A stretch of DNA of 64,000 nt from Alphaproteobacteria bacterium (GCA_019746225.1 JAIESE010000023.1:9117-73116); one strand, 5' to 3'. Positions 1-10,263 are shown, counted from the stretch's first letter. The notes: generated from the sequence alone by a model not told the origin. A program made the numbers and translations.

Positions 1-927
1 TTCCCCGAGGCCGCACCGCGGACCTGAGCCTAACCAGCGAATATCGTTGGCAATTTTCATGAAACTGACGGCGATCACGTTTAAGACGCCGGATAATTCC
101 ACCATCGAATCGTTGGAAGCCAGGGCTTCAAACTTGTTTGGGGCCGTAAGAAAAGGAAGCCCTGTATAGTCCGCCACATTCTGGGCAAAGACTTCTGCAA
201 ATTTAGGGGGACAATTCAATCCCGTCCCCACAGCTGTTCCTCCTTGAGCCAAGAGATAGAGGCGTTTCAGGCAATCTTCGAGACGGGTGATGTTTAGGTC
301 AATTTGAGCCGCATACCCTGAAAACTCCTGACCCAATGTAAGGGGCGTGGCATCCTGGAGATGGGTTCTTCCAATTTTGAAGAGGTCGGCAAAAGCTTTC
401 TCTTTTGTTTTCAGTCCTTGATGAAAGTAGGTTAAGGCCGGTAGGAGTTTTCCCTGAACTTCTCGAACAGCGGCAATGTGCATGGCTGTTGGAAACGAAT
501 CATTCGTTGATTGTCCTGAGTTGACATGATCATTGGGGTGAACGGGTCGTTTGGTCCCCAAAGCGGATCCGAGCAATTCATTGGCTCGATTCGCAATCAC
601 CTCATTCATATTCATGTTGGTTTGGGTACCCGACCCCGTTTGCCATATCACAAGGGGAAAGTGGTCGTCCCACTTCCCTTCAATCACCTCATCGGCAGCT
701 TGAATAATGGCCTCTGCGATATTTGAGGCAAGGGTCTTTAGGGACAGATTCGTCTGCGCAGCACAGCGCTTCTGGATCGCCAGGGCCCGAATCAACCCAA
801 GAGGCATCAGCTCTTTGCCAATGCGGAAATTTTGCCGTGCACGTTCCGTCTGGGCACCCCAATAGGCACGTTTTGGGATGCTGACCTCACCCATGGAGTC
901 TGATTCTGTGCGAAACTCTTCAGCCAT
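1..927 (-). CDS. fumC: Class II fumarate hydratase (partial, runs off left edge)
   Basis: Manual minus-strand translation gives [34 protein letters not shown] ... [19 protein letters not shown], typical FumC motifs. The frame is open to base 1. Absent from the ORF track because there is no stop in the window. Confidence 0.97.
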   Translation of the reverse strand, partial: MAEEFRTESDSMGEVSIPKRAYWGAQTERARQNFRIGKELMPLGLIRALAIQKRCAAQTNLSLKTLASNIAEAIIQAADEVIEGKWDDHFPLVIWQTGSGTQTNMNMNEVIANRANELLGSALGTKRPVHPNDHVNSGQSTNDSFPTAMHIAAVREVQGKLLPALTYFHQGLKTKEKAFADLFKIGRTHLQDATPLTLGQEFSGYAAQIDLNITRLEDCLKRLYLLAQGGTAVGTGLNCPPKFAEVFAQNVADYTGLPFLTAPNKFEALASNDSMVELSGVLNVIAVSFMKIANDIRWLGSGPRCGLGE

Positions 928-1000
928 ATTTGGTCCTTTAACTTCAAAAGGGGCTTATTCTATACTCTACCTTAAAGTGAGTATAACCGGGAGATGCTTA

Positions 1001-1465
1001 ATGACTTCTAAATGGGCAAGCCAAGAGGAGGGTAAATGGATGGCCCTTGCTATAGACCAAGCCAAAGAAGCGGGATTGCGCGGTGAGGTTCCTGTGGGCG
1101 CCGTTTTTGTAAAAGACGGTACTATCCTAAGTGCTTCAGGGAATCGTGTTGAAGAACTATTGGACCCCACCGCTCATGCGGAAATATTGGTGATTCGGGA
1201 AGCGGCTAAATTTTTGGAGAGTCCCCGCCTGGGGGGGGATTTATACGTAACGTTGGAGCCCTGCTCGATGTGTGCAACAGCTTTGTCATTTGCTCGCGTC
1301 GATCGTATCTTCTTTGGAGCATTTGATCCTAAAGGGGGGGGCATTGATCATGGCCCTCGCATCTTTCAGCAACCCACTTGCCACCATCGCCCAGAAGTAT
1401 ATGGAGGAATGTCTGAACAAACTTGCGCCGCTGTGTTGATTGATTTCTTTAAGGAAAAGAGGTAG
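1001..1465 (+). CDS. tadA: tRNA adenosine(34) deaminase
   Basis: EVPVGAV, TAHAE and TLEPCSMC Zn-deaminase motifs, plus FGAFDPKGG. Start moved to ATG 1001, which follows a GGGAGA SD; the ORF-track start at 878 overlaps fumC. Confidence 0.93.
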   Translation: MTSKWASQEEGKWMALAIDQAKEAGLRGEVPVGAVFVKDGTILSASGNRVEELLDPTAHAEILVIREAAKFLESPRLGGDLYVTLEPCSMCATALSFARVDRIFFGAFDPKGGGIDHGPRIFQQPTCHHRPEVYGGMSEQTCAAVLIDFFKEKR

Positions 1466-1483
1466 GAGCGAAATATAAATCTC

Positions 1484-1520
1484 AAAAAAGTTGAGGGGTG
1501 TTCTTTAACACGCCCTCAAC
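1484..1520 (-). terminator. Putative Rho-independent terminator between convergent tadA and the RTX gene
   Basis: GTTGAGGGGTGTT-cttt-AACACGCCCTCAAC stem (one bulge), preceded by A6 on + (U-tract on -). Confidence 0.55.
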
Positions 1521-1548
1521 AGTTTCTAAACATCAGTTCAATACTTCC

Positions 1549-4500
1549 TTACACAATCACAATGTGACTGAGTTGGACAATGTCTGATAGGTGTTGGCCT
1601 GAAACGAAAGCAACACTCGAAAAGTTAATACTTGTTCCATTTGCAAAAGTTGCAAGAGCATGGCCCGATCCATCATTTGTAATGACAGCTTGAGAATTCG
1701 CTGCAGCTGCAGTTGCCACACCGTGGATTTGGAGATAGTCATTTACTTTGCTAAAGTCAGTAATCGTATCATGACCCTCATTGTTTGTCAGATCATACCG
1801 GAAAGTGTTATTTCCTCCATTACCTGTAAGAACGTTGTCCGTTACATCTCCCTTGAATACGTCGTTAAATGCGCTTCCCAGAAGAGCAGTGAATCCATTA
1901 GCGAACCCTGATAAGTCATCTCCTTGAGCATCTCCTCCAGAACTTGTCAATGCCATGAGGTCTACATTTACACCCGCATTGGAAGACGCATAGGACAAGA
2001 TAAGATGATCAGCAAACCCTTTAATAGTATCTGCTCCTGCTCCTGCCTCAAGAACGCCACCCTTTGCAGTTACGATGGTAAAGGAATCGTCCCCATCGCC
2101 ACCACTGAAGTAGTCGTTGGTGTTAATGTTTAGATTTATGAAGGTATCATTACCGGCTTCACCATAGACTTGCTTTTGGTTGACTTGGCAATCCATATTA
2201 AATAGATCATTTCCATTACCACCATAAACAACGACCGAACAACTTGGGCAATAGTCAAGGAAGGTGTCGTTTCCATCCCCTAAGTAATTGAGACTCAAAC
2301 CGATCTCAGAACAGTAGCACCAAACCGTATCATCCCCTTGACCCGCATAGGTTAGGGTAAAGATAGGGGTACCAATGTTGTTAGGTGTGGAGTTAAGATC
2401 CGGGATTCCGAAAGGGTAGGCTGGCGAGGGATCAAATAATCCTTCACTCAGGTTCGAGCCGATGCGGATATAATCATTACCTGCCCCTGAGCTGATGTAG
2501 CTGAATTCTTCTCTGCCTCCATATATGACATCATCACCGCTACTGCCAACCAGAGTATCATAACCACCATCACCACTTATGAGATAGCCAACACCGCCTG
2601 AACCGCCAACGCCTGCATTTGGGTTAGCAAGGTATTGGGCATCGATCACGATGTAGTCGTTTTGATTTGTCCCTTGAAGTCCTTCTATGCTTATAAAGGT
2701 CGTTGTGTCACTACCATGGACAGCCGTTCCATTCCCGTTTACAACGCCATTAATCATAACACCATCAATGTCATAGGAGGACGGTGGGGTGGGTAACCAG
2801 GCAGGATTTGCAAACTTGGTTTGCAAATCAGCATAGGTTGTCCCGTAAATGGAAGGAATTGAGAAGGCAAGCATAGATGGTGCAGCATCCGTAATCCCGA
2901 TAAAGCTTAAGAGGTCACTTCCTCCCCGTCCATCTATCGTGTCGCTTCCTCCGTTACTGTAGAACTCATTATGCTCACTTGTGCCTTTTAGGGTGTCATT
3001 ATACTTTGACCCAATAAGTCCCTCGATGGAGGTCAAAGTATCAGTCCCTAAACCGCCGCCAACTGATTGTGCCACAGCAATATTTATATCAACTGTTACC
3101 CCAGATGTTGCATCAGAATAATCCGCCGTATCAAAGCCAAAACTAGGATCAGGTTGGAACAAGCCCAACAAACCACTTCCGGATTCTGTATGATAAGTTA
3201 CGGCCGTATTTGAGCCTAGTATTCCTGGCGCAAGATTGGATGTCGTGAGAGGAAGACCATTTAGATCATCAATCGTTAAAATGTTATGCAGATAGTCTTG
3301 ATTACTCCCGACACCCGTAAAGAGCTCTTGATGCAACGATGTTGTTCCAATCGTCGTGTCTAAAAAGGCATTAATATCTGCCATCCAAGTATGGGCTATG
3401 TCGTTTAATGTTACGGTAATATTTATCATAGTTCCTGTAACACCCGCGACAGCTATAGTAGACGTATTAGTTACAAGATCTTGTATAGCTATTGGCGCTG
3501 GATTTGCAAAAGTATAAGTCCCGGTGCTTGTATAAAAATTAAGCGTCCACCCTGAAGCAATACTTCCCGGATCGCCAAGAGCTGTATCAGAAATCCTTAA
3601 GGTCCAATCATGGTTTACGTCAAGAACAGCTCCTAAAACCCCTCCTGTAATTATGTCATCTCCCTTACCGCCTCTCAGAGTGTTATTGCCATAATCACCA
3701 GTCAAAACGTCGTTGTAATCGCTTCCAATCAAGCCCGCATTCATAAATGCCGCTCCCGTAAGATCGTCACCTGTTGCGTGCCCCCCTGATGCTGTTCGGG
3801 TTGCAAGGTTAACATTTACAGCCGCATTGGAGGATGCATAGGAAAGGATGACGCCAGATCCGGCTCCATTAAAGATGTCAGCACCCTGGCCACCTTCTAC
3901 AATACCACCAGTAGCATCCCCAATATTAAAGGTATCAACACCAGAGCCACCACTCATATAGTCATTAGATGATAATTTCAGTATGTTAAATACATCGTTT
4001 CCATCTTCACCGAAGATACGCTTCAAATTTGCATCGCAAGCAATGTTAAATATGTCATTTCCTGTGCCCCCATAGACAACATTGCTGCACAAAGAACAAA
4101 AGTCGTTAAATACATCATTTCCTTCCCCTAAGAAAGTTAGGGTCATACCAATCTCTGAACAATAACTATAAACGACGTCATCTCCTGTTCCAGCATATAC
4201 AAGGGCAAATATAGGAGTATGGTAATTGTTGGGGGTAAATTCACCCGGGACACCAAATGGGTAGGCAGGAGATATATCCTTCAAATTCTGGTCATTATTC
4301 AGATTCTCGCCCGTTTGAATGAAATCGTTGCCTGCGCCAGCACTTATGAAGTTAAAGTCTGTACGCCCCCCGAAAATAACATCATCGCCACTCCCACCTA
4401 CCAGCACATCTTTTCCTAATTCACCTGATAAGAGATACCCCGGGCCTCCCGAACCAGAGGGACCCGCATCAGGATTTAAGAGATAAGTTTGATTCATAAC

Positions 4501-6900
4501 GATATAGTCATTCAGATTACTTCCCTGGAAACCTTCAATGCTTTGAATGGAGGCAACGCTGCTTCCGCGAGTAACGGTGTTACTGGCCCCATTCATCCAC
4601 ACACCATCTATGTCAAAAGACGTCGGCGCTGTGGGCAACCAATCCGGATTGGAAAACAAGGCCTGCATTGAGCTGTAAGTTGTTCCAAAGATTGTTGGAA
4701 TTGTGAAGGTATGACCAGATGCAAGTGGGTTGGTAATGTCTATGAAGCTTAACATATCAGCTCCTCCACGCCCATCAATCGTGTCATGACCGCCCGTAAA
4801 CCGGAATACGTTGTTGGCGTCATTTCCAATTAACGTATCGTTATACTTTGAGCCTCTGAGGCCTTCTATGCCGATCAACGTATCATTGCCAAGACCTCCC
4901 CCAACACTTTGAGCAGTTGAAATTCTTAAATCAACACGCACGCCTGAGCTTGCATCTGAATAATCTGCAATATCAACACCGCCAAAACGTTCGAAACCGA
5001 CAGGGACTAATCCATTCAATATATCGTTGCCTTGTCCTCCTTGGAGAATATCACTACCAACTCCGCCATAAAGAGTGTCATTGCCACTGCCCCCCATGAG
5101 TGTATCGTCTCCCCCTCCAATACCTAGTTCTGAGCCGGCGGCCTGATCAAGAGGACTGAGTTGAGTTATATCCATCATATCCCCGTAAAGGATGTCATTA
5201 CCGTTATCTCCCTTTAAAGTATCGTTACCAAAGAAAATCGTTGTGGCTTTTATTGAACGATTCGTTCCCGTATCAACAATTGACGTGGTAATGGTGCGAA
5301 CATCTCCAATCAGTACATCGTCACCATTATCCCCATTGAGCGTATCATTTCCAAAAGTTAATGTTGTTGATAATAAATTCGCATATATATCTGTATTTAC
5401 AAGTTTAATATTAAGGGTCTCAATGTCTCCAGTAAGGGTGTCATTTCCGTTGCCCCCTGTTATCACATCATTGCCCAATGTTATTTTTAAACCAGCTATT
5501 TGAGCTGCAACAGGTCCTCCAATAACGAGGGGAGCGTCTTTAATATCCATTGTCATTGATTGAACATCACCGATTAGATTATCCTCACCATTGCCCCCAT
5601 TAAGGGTATCAGTGCCAAAAGTAATCGCCCCAGCAGGGTTCATAACCGTAATTGCAAAGCCACCACTCGCAGATGAAGGGGCAGCCGTCAGACTGATCGA
5701 TAAGTTTTGTACATCCCCAATTAAGAGATCATTGTCATTTTCTCCGTTTAGGGAGTCGTTCCCAAACGTAAAGGGTGATGAATTTAATGCGGCAGAAGCA
5801 CTACCATTTCCAGATGTAGCTGTGCCCCCTTGCAGGGCTAAGGTAAGCGTTTGCACATCCCCTATAAGCACATCCAAACCATTTCCGCCAGATAACTTAT
5901 CTGCCCCAAAAACAGTTGTTATATTGATAGAACCTGCTTCTGCACTTGAACTTGATTCTAAACTTACTTGAACACTGCCACCTTGATCAAAGCTTGAGTA
6001 AGTTTCAACATCACCAATTAAAGTATCGTTCCCATTATCTCCGTTTAGTTTGTCATTTCCAAAAGTAAAAGTATTGAATTGTAAGGCGGCAACAGCTACA
6101 CCAGCTCCATTGACAGTTCCCCCGAGAGAACTGATGGACAAGGTTTGTACATCCCCAATCAATTTGTCGTTATCGTTTCCCCCATTGAGCGTGTCGGCAC
6201 CAAAGGTAAAGGTGTTTGGGCGTAAATACTGCTCTGTTATAGCCATGACAGCATTGGCACTAGCATTTGTTGGAGCCCCGGATGCGGTTCCGGCCGTAAG
6301 GGTTATTGATAGAAGATTAACGTCTCCGACCAAAAGATCCTTGCCATTACCCCCATCTAGAGAATCTTTCCCAAAGACAAAGCTATTTTGCGCAAATAAT
6401 GCATCAGCATGAGACCCCGTAGAGGTGCCTGCTTTAATATCAATTTTAAATGTGTCGACATCCCCCAAAAGGGTATCGTTACCGTTGCCACCGCTGAGAG
6501 TGTCTGACCCCATATTCATCGTAATATTAGCCAGATAGGCTTTAGAACTTGACGTGCCAGCACTGTCTGCCGTGACTGAAAGAATAATATCCTTAGTGTC
6601 ACCCACTAATTTATCATTACCATTTCCCCCATCAAGGACATCTTTGCCAAAGTTGAAGGTCACTGGCGTTATCAGAAGCGCCTTTGTGTTGAGGCTAGAA
6701 TTGACTCGATACTCAATTAACGATATATCACCAATGAGTAGATCGTCCATGTTGCCTCCATTCAGGACATCATTTCCAAATTTTGGAACAAGAAAAACTT
6801 GATTTTGTATGAGGTATGAAAGTTGGTCCCCTATAAGGGTTGTGTTTGAATTTGAGCCATTCAGGGTATTGTTGCCGGAGGTACCAATTAGTGTCGCCAT
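1549..6900 (-). CDS. Large RTX-type calcium-binding repeat protein (probable type I secretion substrate / adhesin)
   Basis: Dozens of GGxGxDxL-type nonapeptides, DYSDAxSGVxVDL motifs, and a C-terminal GHDTITDF...DYLQI segment typical of T1SS substrates. No N-terminal signal peptide. Start ATG 6900 (MATLIG) follows GGAGAAG. Confidence 0.9.
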   Translation of the reverse strand: MATLIGTSGNNTLNGSNSNTTLIGDQLSYLIQNQVFLVPKFGNDVLNGGNMDDLLIGDISLIEYRVNSSLNTKALLITPVTFNFGKDVLDGGNGNDKLVGDTKDIILSVTADSAGTSSSKAYLANITMNMGSDTLSGGNGNDTLLGDVDTFKIDIKAGTSTGSHADALFAQNSFVFGKDSLDGGNGKDLLVGDVNLLSITLTAGTASGAPTNASANAVMAITEQYLRPNTFTFGADTLNGGNDNDKLIGDVQTLSISSLGGTVNGAGVAVAALQFNTFTFGNDKLNGDNGNDTLIGDVETYSSFDQGGSVQVSLESSSSAEAGSINITTVFGADKLSGGNGLDVLIGDVQTLTLALQGGTATSGNGSASAALNSSPFTFGNDSLNGENDNDLLIGDVQNLSISLTAAPSSASGGFAITVMNPAGAITFGTDTLNGGNGEDNLIGDVQSMTMDIKDAPLVIGGPVAAQIAGLKITLGNDVITGGNGNDTLTGDIETLNIKLVNTDIYANLLSTTLTFGNDTLNGDNGDDVLIGDVRTITTSIVDTGTNRSIKATTIFFGNDTLKGDNGNDILYGDMMDITQLSPLDQAAGSELGIGGGDDTLMGGSGNDTLYGGVGSDILQGGQGNDILNGLVPVGFERFGGVDIADYSDASSGVRVDLRISTAQSVGGGLGNDTLIGIEGLRGSKYNDTLIGNDANNVFRFTGGHDTIDGRGGADMLSFIDITNPLASGHTFTIPTIFGTTYSSMQALFSNPDWLPTAPTSFDIDGVWMNGASNTVTRGSSVASIQSIEGFQGSNLNDYIVMNQTYLLNPDAGPSGSGGPGYLLSGELGKDVLVGGSGDDVIFGGRTDFNFISAGAGNDFIQTGENLNNDQNLKDISPAYPFGVPGEFTPNNYHTPIFALVYAGTGDDVVYSYCSEIGMTLTFLGEGNDVFNDFCSLCSNVVYGGTGNDIFNIACDANLKRIFGEDGNDVFNILKLSSNDYMSGGSGVDTFNIGDATGGIVEGGQGADIFNGAGSGVILSYASSNAAVNVNLATRTASGGHATGDDLTGAAFMNAGLIGSDYNDVLTGDYGNNTLRGGKGDDIITGGVLGAVLDVNHDWTLRISDTALGDPGSIASGWTLNFYTSTGTYTFANPAPIAIQDLVTNTSTIAVAGVTGTMINITVTLNDIAHTWMADINAFLDTTIGTTSLHQELFTGVGSNQDYLHNILTIDDLNGLPLTTSNLAPGILGSNTAVTYHTESGSGLLGLFQPDPSFGFDTADYSDATSGVTVDINIAVAQSVGGGLGTDTLTSIEGLIGSKYNDTLKGTSEHNEFYSNGGSDTIDGRGGSDLLSFIGITDAAPSMLAFSIPSIYGTTYADLQTKFANPAWLPTPPSSYDIDGVMINGVVNGNGTAVHGSDTTTFISIEGLQGTNQNDYIVIDAQYLANPNAGVGGSGGVGYLISGDGGYDTLVGSSGDDVIYGGREEFSYISSGAGNDYIRIGSNLSEGLFDPSPAYPFGIPDLNSTPNNIGTPIFTLTYAGQGDDTVWCYCSEIGLSLNYLGDGNDTFLDYCPSCSVVVYGGNGNDLFNMDCQVNQKQVYGEAGNDTFINLNINTNDYFSGGDGDDSFTIVTAKGGVLEAGAGADTIKGFADHLILSYASSNAGVNVDLMALTSSGGDAQGDDLSGFANGFTALLGSAFNDVFKGDVTDNVLTGNGGNNTFRYDLTNNEGHDTITDFSKVNDYLQIHGVATAAAANSQAVITNDGSGHALATFANGTSINFSSVAFVSGQHLSDIVQLSHIVIV
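1810..4974 (-). repeat. Diverged ~440-aa internal duplication in the RTX protein (copy 1 ~3660-4974, copy 2 ~1810-3132)
   Basis: Collinear motifs in both copies: ADYSDA-SGV, AQSVGGGLG, IEGL-GSKYNDTL, SPAYPFG, YCSEIG, LSYASSNA-VNV. Confidence 0.9.
5190..6790 (-). repeat. ~12 tandem units FGxDxLxGxNGNDxL[IV]GD[VI] separated by variable Ser/Ala/Gly/Thr-rich inserts
   Basis: Counted in the translation, from FGNDVLNGGNMDDLLIGDI to FGNDTLKGDNGNDILYGDM. Confidence 0.85.
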
Positions 6901-7092
6901 TTTAACTTCTCCACTCTGTTGGGTATTGAGCAAAGTCACAATAGACTCACAACATCAATACCTGTTGGGCACATCTTTCAACATGCATAACTACACATCA
7001 CGTAATCTACTTACTCAAATAGAATTTTTATTGAAAAAGTCAATACTTTTAGGTTATTTGTTTTCAAATAAATTTATATATGGCTGCTTTGC

Positions 7093-7118
7093 TTAATGTT
7101 ATTTTAATAATTCATTAA
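7093..7118. promoter_or_regulatory. TTAA-N7-TTAA-N7-TTAA, CtrA-box-like array upstream of the RTX gene
   Basis: Sequence ttaa tgttatt ttaa taattca ttaa. The region is very AT-rich, so a chance match is possible. Confidence 0.35.
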
Positions 7119-7351
7119 TTTTTGGATTTTCTTTAAGGATTTAGACAGCAATTTATTGTTGGTCAGGAAAATTTTCCAGGATTACAAAACGTCATTTTTA
7201 TAAAAATCATTGAAAGATAATTATATATTTTAAAAATTTTTTGTATCGTAAATTAAAGAATTTTTGAATTTTAAAAAATTCTGAAAAATTATTAAAAATG
7301 ACTCTTCCTGACTGAGCGATTTCGAACGAATGGGCCTGATAGATGGACTCA

Positions 7352-8713
7352 TCAATCTCCCAACTCGACCTTCTCAAGATACTCAGGCACATAACAGGAC
7401 CATTGAAGGCGATTTTCGATCTTATGACGCAACGCATCTGCAGGTGCAGGTTCCCCATGAGTGATGAATGTTTGCCGAGGAGGCTTTTTAAAGTGTTTTA
7501 GCCATCCCAAGATTTCGTTGGCGTCCGCATGGGCTGACAAATTATGCAAGATCATCACTTCAGCTCGTATGGGGACAAAATTCCCATGAATTTTAATTTC
7601 TGTGGCGCCATTGACCATCGCTTCACCACGTGTTCCAGCTGCCTGAAACCCTGCAAATATAACCGTATTACGCCGATCTGATACAAACGCCTTTAGGTGA
7701 TGAAGCACACGCCCTCCGGTTGCCATACCGCTTGCAGATACGATAACCATCGGAAAGTTCTGATGATCTAATGCTTTTGACTCATCCGGTGTTGTCACCA
7801 AATTTGCACTTGCACACATCTTTCGGCACTCGTCAGGCGTTAATCGATGCAAATCACTGTATTTACGATACAGATTCGTCACATCCGTTGCCATTGGGCT
7901 ATCAAGATATATCGGAACGTCTACAATTTTTCCTTCATCTTTGAGCTGTTGCAAAAGATACATGAGGACTTGGGCCCTCCCGACAGCAAAAGCGGGGATG
8001 ATAACGATGCCTCCGCGATGGACCGTTCGATTGATCGCATCAGCCAAAATTTCCTTTACATCTGACTCATCATGGAGTCGATTACCATAAGTTGACTCTA
8101 CAACAAGGTAATCTGCGCTTTCTATAAGAGTTGGTGCCTTCATTAAGGGGTCATTGGGGCGGCCTAAGTCACCACTGAACATAAGGGTTTTATCCCCATC
8201 AGAAATACGAACAAAGGAGGCCCCTAAGATATGTCCCGCTGGAATCAATTCAAAAGTCACACCGTCCCCTAAGGAAACTTTTTCGTGATAAGGGACAGCG
8301 CTTATATATTTCAAGGAGGTTTCTGCCTCTTCTTGCGTATAAAGGGGCAAGGCCGGATGATGTTTTGAGAAGGCATGCTTATTGGCGAAATAGGCATCTT
8401 CTTCTTGAATATGGCCACTATCAGGTAAGAGAATCTCACACAGATCCTTGGTCGCAGGGGAACAATATATTTTTTTATGAAAACCTGCACGCACAATCAA
8501 TGGGATTGCGCCCGAGTGATCCAGGTGGGCGTGGGTCAAAATCAATGCGTCTAGGGATTTAGGTGAAAACGGTAACGGTGCCCAATTGCGAAGCCGTAAT
8601 GGTTTGAGGCCTTGGAACAACCCACAATCAACCAGAATTTTTTTGTTCCTAACGGTCACGAGGTACTTTGAACCTGTAACGGTTCCTGTCGCCCCTAAAA
8701 ATTGAATTTCCAT
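7352..8713 (-). CDS. MBL-fold beta-CASP metallo-hydrolase, RNA-specificity type
   Basis: MEIQFLGATGTVTGSK, VDCG, THAHLDH, SGDLG, ESTYG, SAHAD and HGE motifs. Confidence 0.92.
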   Translation of the reverse strand: MEIQFLGATGTVTGSKYLVTVRNKKILVDCGLFQGLKPLRLRNWAPLPFSPKSLDALILTHAHLDHSGAIPLIVRAGFHKKIYCSPATKDLCEILLPDSGHIQEEDAYFANKHAFSKHHPALPLYTQEEAETSLKYISAVPYHEKVSLGDGVTFELIPAGHILGASFVRISDGDKTLMFSGDLGRPNDPLMKAPTLIESADYLVVESTYGNRLHDESDVKEILADAINRTVHRGGIVIIPAFAVGRAQVLMYLLQQLKDEGKIVDVPIYLDSPMATDVTNLYRKYSDLHRLTPDECRKMCASANLVTTPDESKALDHQNFPMVIVSASGMATGGRVLHHLKAFVSDRRNTVIFAGFQAAGTRGEAMVNGATEIKIHGNFVPIRAEVMILHNLSAHADANEILGWLKHFKKPPRQTFITHGEPAPADALRHKIENRLQWSCYVPEYLEKVELGD

Positions 8714-8723
8714 TGCTGTTTGT

Positions 8724-10025
8724 CTATCCTAAAAGGTCCATTAAGGGTTGAATACATCCAATAATTGCAAGAAAAACAAGAAGAATGATGGGAACGACGC
8801 TCATTCTAAGTCCAGCAAAGATCGTTGCATAAACAGCCTTCAGCAAATTGTTGGAGGATGTGGCAATTAATATTGAGGCTGAAATAACTTTCGGATTCAA
8901 TCCATGGACGCTGTCTTGCGCCAAGCTCACCACAAAAGGGGAAATATCCGACACACCAATGATCATTGCCAATGTATATAACCCGATATCGCCAAAGTTA
9001 ATTTTCGCCCAAGCAGAGGCAAGAGAAATCAAAACAAACAGGGTCGCAAAGATCAATGCCGCCGCTAATTCTAAGGGGTTCTTTTGGGTAACAATCACAT
9101 TTTCATCCGTAGCCATACTTTTGTGACCCCGATGGTACAAAATAAGGGACAAGAACAAAGAAATGAAAAAGAGACTGATCAATGTTCCAGCCATCTGTTT
9201 GGCAAGAGAAATATTGAAAACCATAATGATAACAAATAGGCGTAAGTAGACCATTGTCGTCGACATAATGACCGCAAAATGAAACATTTCTGGGTTAATA
9301 TGCTTTTGCATCGCATGGCGCGACAAGACAACAGTCGTAATGGTAGAGGAATAAATCCCCCCCAAAACGGAAGTTAACCAAATACCTCCCTTTTCTGACT
9401 TATATCTTTGAATGAGGTAGCTCGCGTAAGAAATGCCACTCACCACAACCACCGCCAACCACACTTGATAGGGCGTAATCGGCGTGAAGGTTGTCACTGG
9501 CGTATCTGGCAAAAGGGGAAGGATGATACCCGTCAGAATCAAGAACTTTCCTGTGGCTGTAATTTCGTCCGTTGGAACCTGGCGTGCAATATCGTGCAAT
9601 CGATCTCGCGCCCCTAAAAATAAAACCGTACTGACGGTCAAGCCAATCGCAAACCAACTGGTTTCCAAAATAGTGATGGGGCCCAACAGATAGGCAAGAA
9701 GGTTTGAGGTCAATGCCACCAAGCCCCCTGCGGACTCTTCATTCCGGGCGCTATAGCGTAAATGATACTGGTAATAGGCCAGAAGCCAGAGGCCCAGAAT
9801 CACCAAACCCGCGGCAAAAACGATTCCATAATGGGGCTCCAACAGATACAAACAAACCCCGGACATGGAGAGCAGAGGAAAGGTGCGAACACCACCAGGA
9901 TGGTGGAATTGGCTGCGGCCATATAAATCTTCATAGGCCAAGCCTAAGAAGAATGACAACCCCAACAACAAGAGAAGCTTTTGTGGATTCACTGCTGAGG
10001 CCAGAGCCAAACTGATGCCGTCCAT
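8724..10025 (-). CDS. MgtC/SapB family membrane protein with DUF4010
   Basis: GGVRTFPLLS MgtC motif, then PDTPV..PYQVWLAVVVVSGISYASY and GGIYSST; ~12 TM segments. ATG 10025 follows AAGGAG. Confidence 0.85.
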   Translation of the reverse strand: MDGISLALASAVNPQKLLLLLGLSFFLGLAYEDLYGRSQFHHPGGVRTFPLLSMSGVCLYLLEPHYGIVFAAGLVILGLWLLAYYQYHLRYSARNEESAGGLVALTSNLLAYLLGPITILETSWFAIGLTVSTVLFLGARDRLHDIARQVPTDEITATGKFLILTGIILPLLPDTPVTTFTPITPYQVWLAVVVVSGISYASYLIQRYKSEKGGIWLTSVLGGIYSSTITTVVLSRHAMQKHINPEMFHFAVIMSTTMVYLRLFVIIMVFNISLAKQMAGTLISLFFISLFLSLILYHRGHKSMATDENVIVTQKNPLELAAALIFATLFVLISLASAWAKINFGDIGLYTLAMIIGVSDISPFVVSLAQDSVHGLNPKVISASILIATSSNNLLKAVYATIFAGLRMSVVPIILLVFLAIIGCIQPLMDLLG

Positions 10026-10263
10026 TTCATCTCCTTGATTATAGGGCAATTTCTAAAAGAAACGTATTTCACGTATCTTATACGATTGTCTCAAAGGTTA
10101 AAAGGGTATGTCAACAGTGTCTGATGAGCAATTCCAAGAGGTTCATCATTTAGAAAAGTCTATCGGTTAAGGAAAATGTTTAGAAAGCAAAGGAGCGTAA
10201 ATAACCCCAGAGGGTCATTTACGCTTAGAAGATTAAAAGGTTATAGAGAGTCTTGTGCAGGGC

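Noticed and set aside
526-1170. ORF-track entries 526-726 (+), 967-1170 (-) and the 878-1000 extension of tadA
   Set aside because: These are shadow frames of fumC or tadA.
7352-8713. beta-CASP nuclease as an anti-phage defence component
   Set aside because: No recognisable defence partners; the motifs fit the widespread RNA-metabolising subfamily.
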